A DNA stretch of 64,000 nucleotides from Candidatus Cloacimonadales bacterium (GTDB lineage: Bacteria; Cloacimonadota; Cloacimonadia; Cloacimonadales; JAIOQZ01). Positions 39,395 through 48,828 of this stretch are shown here, one piece after another; position 1 is the stretch's first letter; every line of letters starts with the position of its first letter. The position numbers and the translations under genes are program-made. The notes under the pieces are model-generated. The model had not been told where the DNA came from. It saw only the letters and a list, made by a program, of their open reading frames with translations, and ran no database searches. The stretch covers positions 3,456,001 to 3,520,000 of the forward strand of contig CAXXTU010000002.1 in NCBI GenBank assembly GCA_963662655.2. Reading direction: 5' to 3'.

Positions 39395-39424
39395 AAAAAA
39401 GCCGCCTCAGTCGAAGCGGCTTTT
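39395..39424 (-). terminator. Rho-independent terminator (possibly bidirectional)
   Basis: Minus strand GCCGCTTC-GACT-GAGGCGGC-TTTTTT, 17 nt after the stop at 39442. Confidence 0.85.
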
Positions 39425-39441
39425 ATAGATTAACCGGTTTG

Positions 39442-41577
39442 CTATTTCATCAAGACCATTTTCTGGGTCTTGGTCGTGTTGCCTGCTTCGAGTTTGTAGA
39501 AGTAAACACCACTGGAAACAGCTTTACCGCTGTTGTCTTTACCGTTCCAAACAACCGTGTTGCTCCCCTGGTCGGCCTGGCCGTTGAAGAGGGTTTTGAT
39601 CTTCTGGCCGCGGATGTTGTATACGCTCAGGTTCGCGTTCATCTTCTGAGGAAGGCTGAAGCTGATGCTTGTTTCCGGGTTGAAAGGATTCGGGAAGTTC
39701 TGGTCGAGCGTTACAACCTGGCTAGCGCTTGGAATGCTGTTGTCGTCGGCATCCAAACCGAATTCGATATCGAGCGCCATGTACGTAACGCTACCACCGT
39801 TGTTGTCGCCAATATTGTTCTGTGCATACGATCCGAAGCTGTTGTCGTTGAAGTACAGCACGTGCAGCTTGCCGTGGCCTTCGCCCAAGTCTTCGATCAC
39901 ATCGCCAACATAGAGATAGCATGGAATCTGATCGTCGAGCTGCTGAACATAGTTGCCGTCGGGATCGGTTGCGAGAGCGTTCATGATGATCGGATCGCTC
40001 CAAGTCGTACCGTGGTCACTGGAAATGGCAATCATGATTTCAGGTTTGTCGGCCCAATCGACGTAATCCTCGGCTCCATACTCGTGGTAGAGATATTCCT
40101 TGGTTCCGTCCGACCATATTGCCGCCATCCAGCCATTGTCTTCATTGTAGGCAACCTTGAAGTAATTTTCGTGGAAAGCCTGCTCCGTATCGTAATAGAA
40201 GATCGGGAAGCATCTTTCCGAGACAACGCCACCGGTATCTTCGTAAAATTCGTCCACTACACCGTCTTCATTGGCGTCCCACGGCAAGAACGGCAGGCCG
40301 TCATTCGGAGTGGCGCTTTTCGGGAAAAGGTCGTAGCTGTAGAATTCATCGGTGTTGTTATCGAATATGAAGCTGCGCATCTGATGGAAGTCGGGCCAGT
40401 ATTTCAAATCTTCGCCTACATAACCCTGTAATGCGTAAGGCGCCTGGAAGTGAAGGCGGTTCTGAGCATCCCAGATTACATCCATGTGTCCCGCAAAAGA
40501 GAAAGAGAAGAAAAGCCCGGATGCGTCAGTTGGCCAGGTCGTGCCGTCTTGGTTTTGTGGACTTTCCACATACATTTCGGAGTTGACCGCGTGGAATTCC
40601 CACTCGCCTTCGCAGAAGTTCTCGTTGATCAATACGAAGAAATCGGGATCGTCTTCCACGAAGTAATCTTCGCCACCGGCAAGGTGACCGAAGATCGCGA
40701 ATTTTCCGTCCATTGTGCAGTCAGCGGAGAAGAACGGGCGCATCCAATCCGGATCGGCATTCCATTCGTCCATTTTAGGGATGGTAATGTATTGCCAGTC
40801 AAGAGTCGGGAATGTACCGGATTCGATATCCATTGTTGAATAATCGACAAACGCGATCATCACGTTTTCGGATGGATTGTCGGCAGTTGAATGAGCCGTG
40901 TGGTTGTTGCCCAGAACATAGACACGGTGCTTCCCATCCTGATCGAAGCTCGGCGCTTTGCTGATGTACACATACGGCCAGATGAATTCGTCGTCTTCGA
41001 ATGGAGGTTCAATTGGCATTGAATCCCAGTCGCTGTTTCTGATTACGACATAAGGGCTGCTCAAGAGGCCGGGCGAGCCGAGAAGATGCCATACGTCCAT
41101 TCCGAACGCGACATCATAAAGTGTACCCACACCGGATTCCAGATGCCACGCATAGAATGGGTCCTGGGTTGCCGGGTCGAGATCGATACCGATATAGCCT
41201 TCGTACACGTCGGTTTGACCGATGTAGTTGGTCGAGTTGATGGTGCCGTCCGGTTCAATGTAGGTAATGAAGGAACGGCGCTCGGCCGCTGCGGTTTCCT
41301 GTCCGTGGAACGCGATATAGACACCGCCGTCTTCCTGAACCTGAACTGGGTTTTCATTATAGCTACCCATCATGTAATCGAAGAAAGATGTCTGAATTGC
41401 TTCCGGTTCGGTAATAAAAGACCACACAGGCACTTCACGCGTTCTTGTGTGACTTGCAGAATAAACGGTTGCTTGTTCGAATCGAGCTTCTTTTTGAGGT
41501 CCAGCCTGCATTGCGTCTGCAAAAAGCATACAACTGAAAATTATAAGAAGCATCGAAATTCCCAAAACTCGTTTCAT
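39442..41577 (-). CDS. Secreted acidic protein with T9SS type A / FlgD-Ig C-terminal sorting domain
   Basis: Signal peptide; C-terminus QNFPNPFNP...VYNIRGQKI...WNGKD..G..VSSGVYFYKL...KMVLMK. Confidence 0.88.
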   Translation of the reverse strand: MKRVLGISMLLIIFSCMLFADAMQAGPQKEARFEQATVYSASHTRTREVPVWSFITEPEAIQTSFFDYMMGSYNENPVQVQEDGGVYIAFHGQETAAAERRSFITYIEPDGTINSTNYIGQTDVYEGYIGIDLDPATQDPFYAWHLESGVGTLYDVAFGMDVWHLLGSPGLLSSPYVVIRNSDWDSMPIEPPFEDDEFIWPYVYISKAPSFDQDGKHRVYVLGNNHTAHSTADNPSENVMIAFVDYSTMDIESGTFPTLDWQYITIPKMDEWNADPDWMRPFFSADCTMDGKFAIFGHLAGGEDYFVEDDPDFFVLINENFCEGEWEFHAVNSEMYVESPQNQDGTTWPTDASGLFFSFSFAGHMDVIWDAQNRLHFQAPYALQGYVGEDLKYWPDFHQMRSFIFDNNTDEFYSYDLFPKSATPNDGLPFLPWDANEDGVVDEFYEDTGGVVSERCFPIFYYDTEQAFHENYFKVAYNEDNGWMAAIWSDGTKEYLYHEYGAEDYVDWADKPEIMIAISSDHGTTWSDPIIMNALATDPDGNYVQQLDDQIPCYLYVGDVIEDLGEGHGKLHVLYFNDNSFGSYAQNNIGDNNGGSVTYMALDIEFGLDADDNSIPSASQVVTLDQNFPNPFNPETSISFSLPQKMNANLSVYNIRGQKIKTLFNGQADQGSNTVVWNGKDNSGKAVSSGVYFYKLEAGNTTKTQKMVLMK

Positions 41578-42032
41578 AAATCCTCCTGTTCATGGAAAGT
41601 TGACATATCTGGAACCGTGAACAAGAAAATATCCAGAGCTGGTATAGATAAGAAACAAGAGAAGCGATTAAATGTCAAATGAAAAATTCAATGTAATGCC
41701 GATTTTAATTTTTCAGTTCGCATTCTTACGGAAGACTATTCGGTGTCTTCTTGAAAATTATCTCCAATCGCAAGTTCTGTAACGATAATTATGATAACAG
41801 AATAGGGTGCATGTCACGCTTGCGGGGAAGATGCTCGATCTCTGTTTTCTGAACAATGATTGCGAGCGATATTCATTTCCATGGATTCTTATCAAGGAGA
41901 TTGGGTAATCGTTTTCCTAAGGCGTTGCCGATAACCGGATCGAGAAAAGTCCGGGAAAGGATATTTGTTTCCTTGCTTGACATTAAATCTCCGGCGGCTA
42001 TGAATGGAACATCCATATAACTAGGAGTAATT

Positions 42033-43286
42033 ATGTCCGTAACAGCAGTTCTGGGATGTCTTTGGGGCGATGAAGGAAAAGCGAAGATCGTCGATGCGCT
42101 TGCAGCAGAAGCCGATGCGATTATCCGTTTTCAGGGCGGAAGCAACGCAGGCCACACGATCGTAAAGGATGGCGAAAAATATGTTTTCCATCTCGTGCCG
42201 TCCGGTTTGCTCTATCCAAGCAAACATTGCTTCCTTGGCGCTGGCACCGTAATCGATCCCGAGATGCTCATTCAAGAAATGGATGAGCTGAAAGCAAGAG
42301 GGCTTTCTTTTGAAGGCAGGTTCTTCATCGATCCGAGAGCCGCGATCGTACTTCCGTTGCATAAAGAACTCGATGGGTCCAGAGAAGACGAGGCCGGGAA
42401 TTCGAAGATCGGTACGACTCGCAGGGGTATCGGTCCTGCTTATGCGGATCGCGCTTCGAGAATAGCGCCGCAGTTGATCGACCTGATGGATACGAAGATT
42501 CTCAAGAATAGCCTCGAGCGCATTTATCGATTCCACAATCGAGACATCGACGATCTGGATCGGGTTACGGATCGCTTGTTGCGATTGGGTGAGTTGCTCA
42601 AGCCCTATTTCGCGCAAGTGCCCTACATCCTGAATCGATACTACGGAAGCGGGAAAAAGCTGTTGTTCGAAGGGGCGCAGGGAAGCCTGCTCGATATCGG
42701 TTTCGGAACATACCCGTTTGTGACCTCATCGTACACGACTGCCGGCGGTATCTCGGCGGGAAGCGGATTTCCCCCGAATCGCATCGATCGTATCATTGGC
42801 GTATACAAGGCATATACCACCCGCGTGGGTGAGGGGCCTTTCCCAACGGAGCTTCACGATGAACTCGGACAGAGGATCCGTGAGCAGGGCAACGAATATG
42901 GGGCTTCGACAGGCCGTCCACGTCGTTGCGGCTGGTTCGACGCGGTTGCGGCACGCTTCACAGCGATGATCAACGGCGTGACGGAAGGCGCATTGACCCT
43001 GGTGGATGTGCTCAGCGGCATCGATACCCTGAAAATCTGCGTTGGCTACTGCGTCAACGGAGCAAGCGTCCGTGAAATGCCGTTCAACATGCATGATCTC
43101 GAAAACGCCCAACCGATCTATGTCGAAATGAAGGGTTGGAACGAGGACATCACGGGCATTCGTAATTACGACGATCTCCCAGAGGCTACAAAGCAATACA
43201 TAAAGACACTTGAAGAGATGGTTGGTGTCCGGTATACCATCATCTCGGTCGGAGCAGACAGAAACCAAACCATTTACCGCATTTGA
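42033..43286 (+). CDS. purA: Adenylosuccinate synthetase
   Basis: WGDEGKAK, GGSNAGHT, EGAQG, TRVGEGPFPTE, TGRPRRCGW. Confidence 0.98.
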   Translation: MSVTAVLGCLWGDEGKAKIVDALAAEADAIIRFQGGSNAGHTIVKDGEKYVFHLVPSGLLYPSKHCFLGAGTVIDPEMLIQEMDELKARGLSFEGRFFIDPRAAIVLPLHKELDGSREDEAGNSKIGTTRRGIGPAYADRASRIAPQLIDLMDTKILKNSLERIYRFHNRDIDDLDRVTDRLLRLGELLKPYFAQVPYILNRYYGSGKKLLFEGAQGSLLDIGFGTYPFVTSSYTTAGGISAGSGFPPNRIDRIIGVYKAYTTRVGEGPFPTELHDELGQRIREQGNEYGASTGRPRRCGWFDAVAARFTAMINGVTEGALTLVDVLSGIDTLKICVGYCVNGASVREMPFNMHDLENAQPIYVEMKGWNEDITGIRNYDDLPEATKQYIKTLEEMVGVRYTIISVGADRNQTIYRI

Positions 43287-43296
43287 AGAGGAAGCC

Positions 43297-44508
43297 ATGA
43301 AAGGTAAGACACTGTTACTTCTTCTTGTTCTGAGCCTGGTTCTGCAAATGGTTGCCCAGGACCGCATCTCGTATGCAGCGCCTGAATTCATGCAATGCAT
43401 CTACGATCAGTATTCGAAAAACTATCTCAACATCAACGCCATGGGGCGTGGGAACACGGGAACCGCCTTTCAGGAAGGGCTGGAGAATGCCGGGGCGAAT
43501 CCGGCCGGTTTCACCGCAGAATGCACGGCGGTTCATTTCGAGTTCATCCACAAGAACAATGTCAGGGAGATGAACGAAATCGAGTTCCGCCAGAATGACG
43601 CGATTTTTACGTACGAAACCCGTAAACGGCAGACCTACCAGTCGACCAATCCCATTGCCTACGCCGGCGTTGGATTCCGCGTGGTGGACGGACTTTCCGC
43701 GGGATTCAGCTACGGGATGACGCAGTCGATCGAGTATGAGGATTTCACGCGCGAGATGAGTGACGACTCGTACTACATCCTGTCGCCGTCCTATACGGCC
43801 TCGCGGTTGTCGCTTACGACGAGCTACGCATTCAAACAGCTTCGTGCCGGGCTGAACATTCACTATTGTATCTATCAGCTCGACGATTATCGATATTACT
43901 ACCAGAACAACCGGACGGACGCGACCGAAACGCTTTTCCGTTTCCAGCCCGGTATCCAATACGATCTCAAACATTTTACGATAGGCGCTTCCTACACGCC
44001 CAAGGCGTCGCATACCTTCGATCTCGATAACGAAGAACGTTATGACGTGACGTTCCCTTCGGTACTTTCGGGCGGTGTCGTGTTCCGCATGAAGGACTTC
44101 CGTGCGTCCGGGGATGTCGAGTACGAGCGTTGCAGCGAGCAGTCGTCCGATTTCGATGACCGAATCCGGTGGAAAGCGGGAATCGAATTCGATTATCTGT
44201 ATTCGACGCTGCGCCTGGGATTTATGTATGTGCCGGGAGTATTTGCGGGAGAATATGAATATCCTGACGGTGGATACGGGGGGAATCAGAATCCTTATTA
44301 TCCGGCTGAAGGTTATGATTACGGGCGTATCGGCGACAGCGACCAGGCGTTCCTTACCGCCGGCTTCACCATGCGATCCGCGCTTGGCGATTTCTCGTTC
44401 GGTATCATGACGGATATCATCGGCGATGTCCCGGTTACGATGGGAATGATCGGTATTACGCTCGATTCGGAGAGGATGCCCACGCCGAGGAGAGGTCACA
44501 AGGAATAG
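43297..44508 (+). CDS. Putative outer-membrane beta-barrel (FadL/PorV-like)
   Basis: Signal peptide, AMGRGNTG...ANPAG motif, Tyr/Gly-rich strands. Confidence 0.65.
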   Translation: MKGKTLLLLLVLSLVLQMVAQDRISYAAPEFMQCIYDQYSKNYLNINAMGRGNTGTAFQEGLENAGANPAGFTAECTAVHFEFIHKNNVREMNEIEFRQNDAIFTYETRKRQTYQSTNPIAYAGVGFRVVDGLSAGFSYGMTQSIEYEDFTREMSDDSYYILSPSYTASRLSLTTSYAFKQLRAGLNIHYCIYQLDDYRYYYQNNRTDATETLFRFQPGIQYDLKHFTIGASYTPKASHTFDLDNEERYDVTFPSVLSGGVVFRMKDFRASGDVEYERCSEQSSDFDDRIRWKAGIEFDYLYSTLRLGFMYVPGVFAGEYEYPDGGYGGNQNPYYPAEGYDYGRIGDSDQAFLTAGFTMRSALGDFSFGIMTDIIGDVPVTMGMIGITLDSERMPTPRRGHKE

Positions 44509-44521
44509 CCCTCCTGCCGAT

Positions 44522-45421
44522 ATGCTGGAAATATTTATAAAGCTTTTGCCGGTAATCGGGACGTTCGTTCTCGGGATATTCTTGCGGAGATTGCGGGTCT
44601 TCGACGAGACGCACGCCGCGCTCTTCCTGAAGCTTGTTCTTTTTGTCGCATTACCGGCTTACGCTTTTGTATCTGTGGCGGAAATCGACCTGAAACTCAA
44701 ATACCTGTGTCTTCCGCTGGTCGCGATTGGAACCTATCTGATCATCTGGGCGGTGAGCTTTTTTATCGGGAAACGAATGGGGCTCGATCGGCGTCGGCTG
44801 GGATCGTTTGTCGTGGGATCGCTGATCGTCAACATCGCATTTGCAATTCCGTTTATTCTGTCTGTGTATGGCGAGGAAGGACTCGCGTACGCCTCATTGT
44901 ACAATTTAGGCAATGGTGTGATGACCTTTTCCTTCACATACTTTCTGGCTGTCCGGTTCGGGATGGAAGGCGACAAGAAAATACCCTGGGGCAAGATATT
45001 CGGTCTGCCGCCCGTTTGGGCGCTTTTTCTCGGTCTGTTCTGGAACGTTGCCCATGTACCGATGCCGGGAGCGCTTTCCGACTGGACGAAAATGCTGGGA
45101 ACGTTGATCACTCCCCTTGTGATGCTCTCGCTTGGTATCTACTTCAAGCCCCGCTTGCAGGCTATCCGGCACATCATTCCCGCGATGATCATACGTAGCG
45201 GGGTCGGTTTTATCATCGGTATCACGATATGCTCGATCTTCGGCTGGAGCGGGACGCTGAGCAAGATCATCGTCCTTTGTTCCGCGGCTCCGATCGGATA
45301 CAACACGCTTGTGTTCTCGGTGATGGAGAACCTGGATATGAAATACGCCGCGTCGCTTGTTTCGTTCTCGATCCTGTCCGGCATGATCTACTATCCATTG
45401 CTGATCTGGTGGCTGGGATGA
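44522..45421 (+). CDS. AEC family (auxin efflux carrier-like) transporter
   Basis: About 10 TM helices; VALPA, N..FAIP...YG, P.VMLSLG, AAP. Confidence 0.88.
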   Translation: MLEIFIKLLPVIGTFVLGIFLRRLRVFDETHAALFLKLVLFVALPAYAFVSVAEIDLKLKYLCLPLVAIGTYLIIWAVSFFIGKRMGLDRRRLGSFVVGSLIVNIAFAIPFILSVYGEEGLAYASLYNLGNGVMTFSFTYFLAVRFGMEGDKKIPWGKIFGLPPVWALFLGLFWNVAHVPMPGALSDWTKMLGTLITPLVMLSLGIYFKPRLQAIRHIIPAMIIRSGVGFIIGITICSIFGWSGTLSKIIVLCSAAPIGYNTLVFSVMENLDMKYAASLVSFSILSGMIYYPLLIWWLG

Positions 45422-45431
45422 CCTGTTTCTG

Positions 45432-45587
45432 TCCGGGGCACCTTCGCCCGAATGCGCCTCCGCCGTATAACAACACGTCTTCCGCTGTGCTATCCGGGGC
45501 GTGAGGTGAATTGCGGTTATCGAGGCGCACAGCTCCAAACGTGTATGAATACGGCTGCGGTCGAATTCGAACGAATCTGCCGCCGGA
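45432..45587. repeat. Dispersed long-hairpin element, copy 4 (divergent interior)
   Basis: GGCACCTTCGCCCGA ... TCGAACGAATCTGC; interior of unrelated sequence still forms stems GCCGTAT/ATACGGC, ACACGT/ACGTGT, GCTGTGC/GCACAGC. Confidence 0.8.
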
Positions 45588-45727
45588 GGTATTGTATTGA
45601 CGCTGGTGTGAGGTGAGAAAACCGCGGCAAATCAAGAATGATCAGAAATATCCTTTGACAATCTCAAACCACTTCACATCCTTTGTAAAATTACATACAA
45701 CAGAAAAGGAAACAACGGGAGCGAAAA

Positions 45728-46762
45728 ATGAGAATCGCGTGTATGCTGATAACATTACTGTCCATAGGACTTGTTCCGCTATTTGCGGATTTTGACGTGT
45801 CCGTTCGCTCGGACTTCGAATACTCTGACAACGTCTTCCAGCTTTCGGATTACGACAAGGATCGATTTGACGATGGCGATACAAAATTCGATTACATCGA
45901 GAGCCGTGATGACTTCATCATGCGACCGGAGTTGAATTTTGGATATAAATACGACGGCAAGGGATTCACGCTTGAGCCGTCCGTAAGCGGGACCTACAAT
46001 TATTATTATCAGAACACGGATAAATCCAACTACAGCGCTCTGGTGAAGCTTATCTCAGATATTCCGCTGACGAAGGATTTCCGTCTGACCCTTGCGGCTT
46101 ACTACGGCTACTATCCCGACAACTGGCTTCGCGACTACCTCGATGACGAGACCGACCGGTACCAGAAGTTCGAGTACGACAAGAACCTATATAAATTCGC
46201 CCCGTATCTCAAGATGTGGCGCAAGCTTTATGTGATGCCGTATTTCAAGTATGAAGAATATTTCCATAACGAGTACTTCACGGAGTACGATGGCGATGCA
46301 ACGACCATGGGACTTGGCTTCAAATACACGTTCAGCACGTTCTATTTCCAGGCGTACTATCACTTCCGCAACTACGAATGTGACGGTGACGCGGGAATCG
46401 CAGTCGATGCTGACGATGCCGGCGACGCTTCGTACGAGAGCAACATCTACTACATCGAGTTCGAGAACAAGAAGGTCGCGATCAGCCGTCACCGCTACAT
46501 CCGCCCGTTTTTCTCGCTGATGTACGAAGAGCGCTACTATCAGACGGAGAAGTACGACAAATTCCATTCGGGTAGGGAAGACGTGAAATACACGATCAAA
46601 TTCGGAAGCGATTTCTATCTCTTCGACGATGTCGAGTTCAAGCTAACCTACACCCACATATTCCGCGACGCGGAATCGGATAATTACGAAGATATCGGTA
46701 AATACAAAGAGTATCAGGAAGACCGTTTTACTCTTGGCGTACAATATAATTTCGATTTGTAA
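45728..46762 (+). CDS. Putative outer-membrane beta-barrel protein
   Basis: Signal peptide, YSDNVF, extremely Tyr/Asp-rich alternating strands, C-terminal LGVQYNF. Confidence 0.75.
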   Translation: MRIACMLITLLSIGLVPLFADFDVSVRSDFEYSDNVFQLSDYDKDRFDDGDTKFDYIESRDDFIMRPELNFGYKYDGKGFTLEPSVSGTYNYYYQNTDKSNYSALVKLISDIPLTKDFRLTLAAYYGYYPDNWLRDYLDDETDRYQKFEYDKNLYKFAPYLKMWRKLYVMPYFKYEEYFHNEYFTEYDGDATTMGLGFKYTFSTFYFQAYYHFRNYECDGDAGIAVDADDAGDASYESNIYYIEFENKKVAISRHRYIRPFFSLMYEERYYQTEKYDKFHSGREDVKYTIKFGSDFYLFDDVEFKLTYTHIFRDAESDNYEDIGKYKEYQEDRFTLGVQYNFDL

Positions 46763-46776
46763 AGGAGTGTCCGCAC

Positions 46777-47094
46777 ATGATGACTGTGCAGAAAGATCGC
46801 GACAAGATTCGCGAGTTCTTCGATTTGCTGGAAGACGAGCATTACGACCTGAGGAAATTCAGCCACCCGGTTCTGGTTTACAAGGTCGATGGGGATAAGA
46901 TTTATTATTCCCTCTGGGAGGAGTCGCTTCTGTCCCGCTTCGGGCTTGAGAATGTCGATGGCTGGGACTACTCGGAAGATGTCCTTTTCTGCCCTGATTG
47001 GGTTCAGGACGACCTGGATGAGGATGATTTCGACGATGTGGACGACGAGCCGTTGAATATCGAAGACATAAAAAAATACATCGATGAAGAGTAA
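46777..47094 (+). CDS. Small highly acidic hypothetical protein
   Basis: SD AAGGAG; 105-aa ORF with a D/E-rich C-terminus. Confidence 0.7.
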   Translation: MMTVQKDRDKIREFFDLLEDEHYDLRKFSHPVLVYKVDGDKIYYSLWEESLLSRFGLENVDGWDYSEDVLFCPDWVQDDLDEDDFDDVDDEPLNIEDIKKYIDEE

Positions 47095-47220
47095 GGGGTT
47101 GACAACAAACGATCGTTCAAATTTCCTATCTTTCTTTGTCTTGATGACATCAAACCGCCTGTAATGCACGGATTTTTCTTTCGCGAAACCGTGCGCAGGA
47201 ATCTTTAAACAGTTTATATT

Positions 47221-47486
47221 TGTGTGTGCTAAGCGGGGAGCTAGCGGTGCCCTGTACCCGCAATCCGCTACAGCGGGGCCGAATTCCCGTGTGAGAATAT
47301 CGACGGCTGCTTCGAGTGGAAGAAGTGGTGTTGAGAGCCAAGCCCGACGCAATCCAAGGCTGTGAACCATGTCAGGCCCGGAAGGGAGCAGCATTAAGCA
47401 GATTCTAGGATGTGCCGTCGGTCTACTTGACTTGAGCTAACTGATCCGATCGGAACAGAACAGATATCGATCACGGGTGCACACAC
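47221..47486 (+). ncRNA. ffs: Signal recognition particle RNA, large bacterial type with Alu domain
   Basis: 5' GTGCTAAGCGGGGAGCTAGCGGTGCCCTGTACCCGCAATCCGCT (Bacillus scRNA-like Alu domain), S-domain GTGAACCATGTCAGGCCCGGAAGGGAGCAGCAT, paired ends TGTGTGTGC/GTGCACACA, then a T-run. Confidence 0.95.
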
Positions 47487-47544
47487 TACTTTTTTATCAA
47501 AGGTTTGATGAATTACCTGAAAACGAAAGCTTGGGAGTTTTGGA

Positions 47545-48828
47545 TTGAGTCAACGCTACAACATACCGAGAGGAACTTACGACATCCTGCCGCAGGACAG
47601 TTACAAGCGGCAGTACCTGATGGATACATTTCGCAGAATATCATCTCTGTACAACTACCGTGAAATCGTTACGCCCATCTTCGAGAGCGCAGACCTCTTC
47701 GAGCGCAGTGTGGGCGATACATCCGACATCGTACAGAAAGAGATGTACGTATTTGAAGACCGCAAGCAGCGCAAGTTCGCGCTACGCCCGGAAGGAACGG
47801 CGTCCGTCGTTCGCAGCTATGTCGAGAACGGCATGCAGACGGCAGGCGGTGTTGCACGGCTGAGCTACATGGGCCCGATGTTCCGCTACGACAGGCCACA
47901 GAAGGGGCGCTATCGCCAGTTCTATCAGTACGGCCTGGAGGCGATCGGAAGCTCGCATCCATACGTCGATGCGGAAGTGATCGCGCTCGCGGTGCGCTAC
48001 CTGACGGAACTCGGCTTGAAGGATTTCCGGCTGGAAATCAACAGCGTTGGCGGACCGGCTTCCGCGGAAGCCTACAACAACGCGCTCAAGAAATACTACG
48101 CGCCACACGTCGACGACCTCTGCGGAGACTGTCGCGTGCGCCTGGAGAAGAATCCCCGCAGGCTTCTTGATTGCAAGGTCGCAAGCTGCAAGGTCTATGC
48201 GAAAGACGCGCCAATCATGCTCGATTACCTGGACGAGGAAGCGCTGAACCACTTCGAGGCCGTAAAGAAGTATCTGGACATCCTTGGCGTTGAGTACACG
48301 GTCAATCCGCGTATCGTTCGCGGCCTGGACTACTATACCGACACCGCGTTCGAGATTCTCGACGATTCGCTCGGGGCGCAGAACGCGCTTCTGGGCGGTG
48401 GTCGCTACAACGGCCTGGTTGAGCAGATCGGCGGCAAGGATTCGCCCGGCATTGGCTTCGCGGGTGGTTTCGAGCGTCTTGAACTATCGATGGAGAAGAA
48501 CGGACTTTCCTTCGGGGAAGAGCCGCATCCAGAGGTATTCCTGGTGGCCGTGGGCGAGAAGGCCGAAGACAAGGCGATATCGGTTTGCCGTCAGCTACGG
48601 GCCATGGGGTGTGTGACCGATTTCGATATCGAGAAGGGCTCGTTCAAATCGCAGATGAAAGCTGCGAACAAATCGGGCGCGAGCATCGCGATCCTGATCG
48701 GCGAGAGCGAAATGGAAAATAACACATTGACGATAAAGGATATGCGCCAGGGTACGCAGGAAACCATTTCCGCGGACACGCTCAAGTGCCTGAGATCGCA
48801 TATCGTGAATTTACGGGAGCAATCATGA
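47545..48828 (+). CDS. hisS: Histidine--tRNA ligase
   Basis: PRGTYD, LRPEGTA, FRYDRPQKGRYRQFYQ, VRGLDYY, GGGRY. Confidence 0.98.
   Translation: MSQRYNIPRGTYDILPQDSYKRQYLMDTFRRISSLYNYREIVTPIFESADLFERSVGDTSDIVQKEMYVFEDRKQRKFALRPEGTASVVRSYVENGMQTAGGVARLSYMGPMFRYDRPQKGRYRQFYQYGLEAIGSSHPYVDAEVIALAVRYLTELGLKDFRLEINSVGGPASAEAYNNALKKYYAPHVDDLCGDCRVRLEKNPRRLLDCKVASCKVYAKDAPIMLDYLDEEALNHFEAVKKYLDILGVEYTVNPRIVRGLDYYTDTAFEILDDSLGAQNALLGGGRYNGLVEQIGGKDSPGIGFAGGFERLELSMEKNGLSFGEEPHPEVFLVAVGEKAEDKAISVCRQLRAMGCVTDFDIEKGSFKSQMKAANKSGASIAILIGESEMENNTLTIKDMRQGTQETISADTLKCLRSHIVNLREQS

Noticed and set aside
26514..45587. Repeat copies as a CRISPR array
   Set aside because: Copies are kilobases apart and over 120 bp long, and there are no cas genes.
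46714..47394. 226-aa minus-strand ORF
   Set aside because: Antisense to the SRP RNA and the acidic ORF, with no recognisable motifs.
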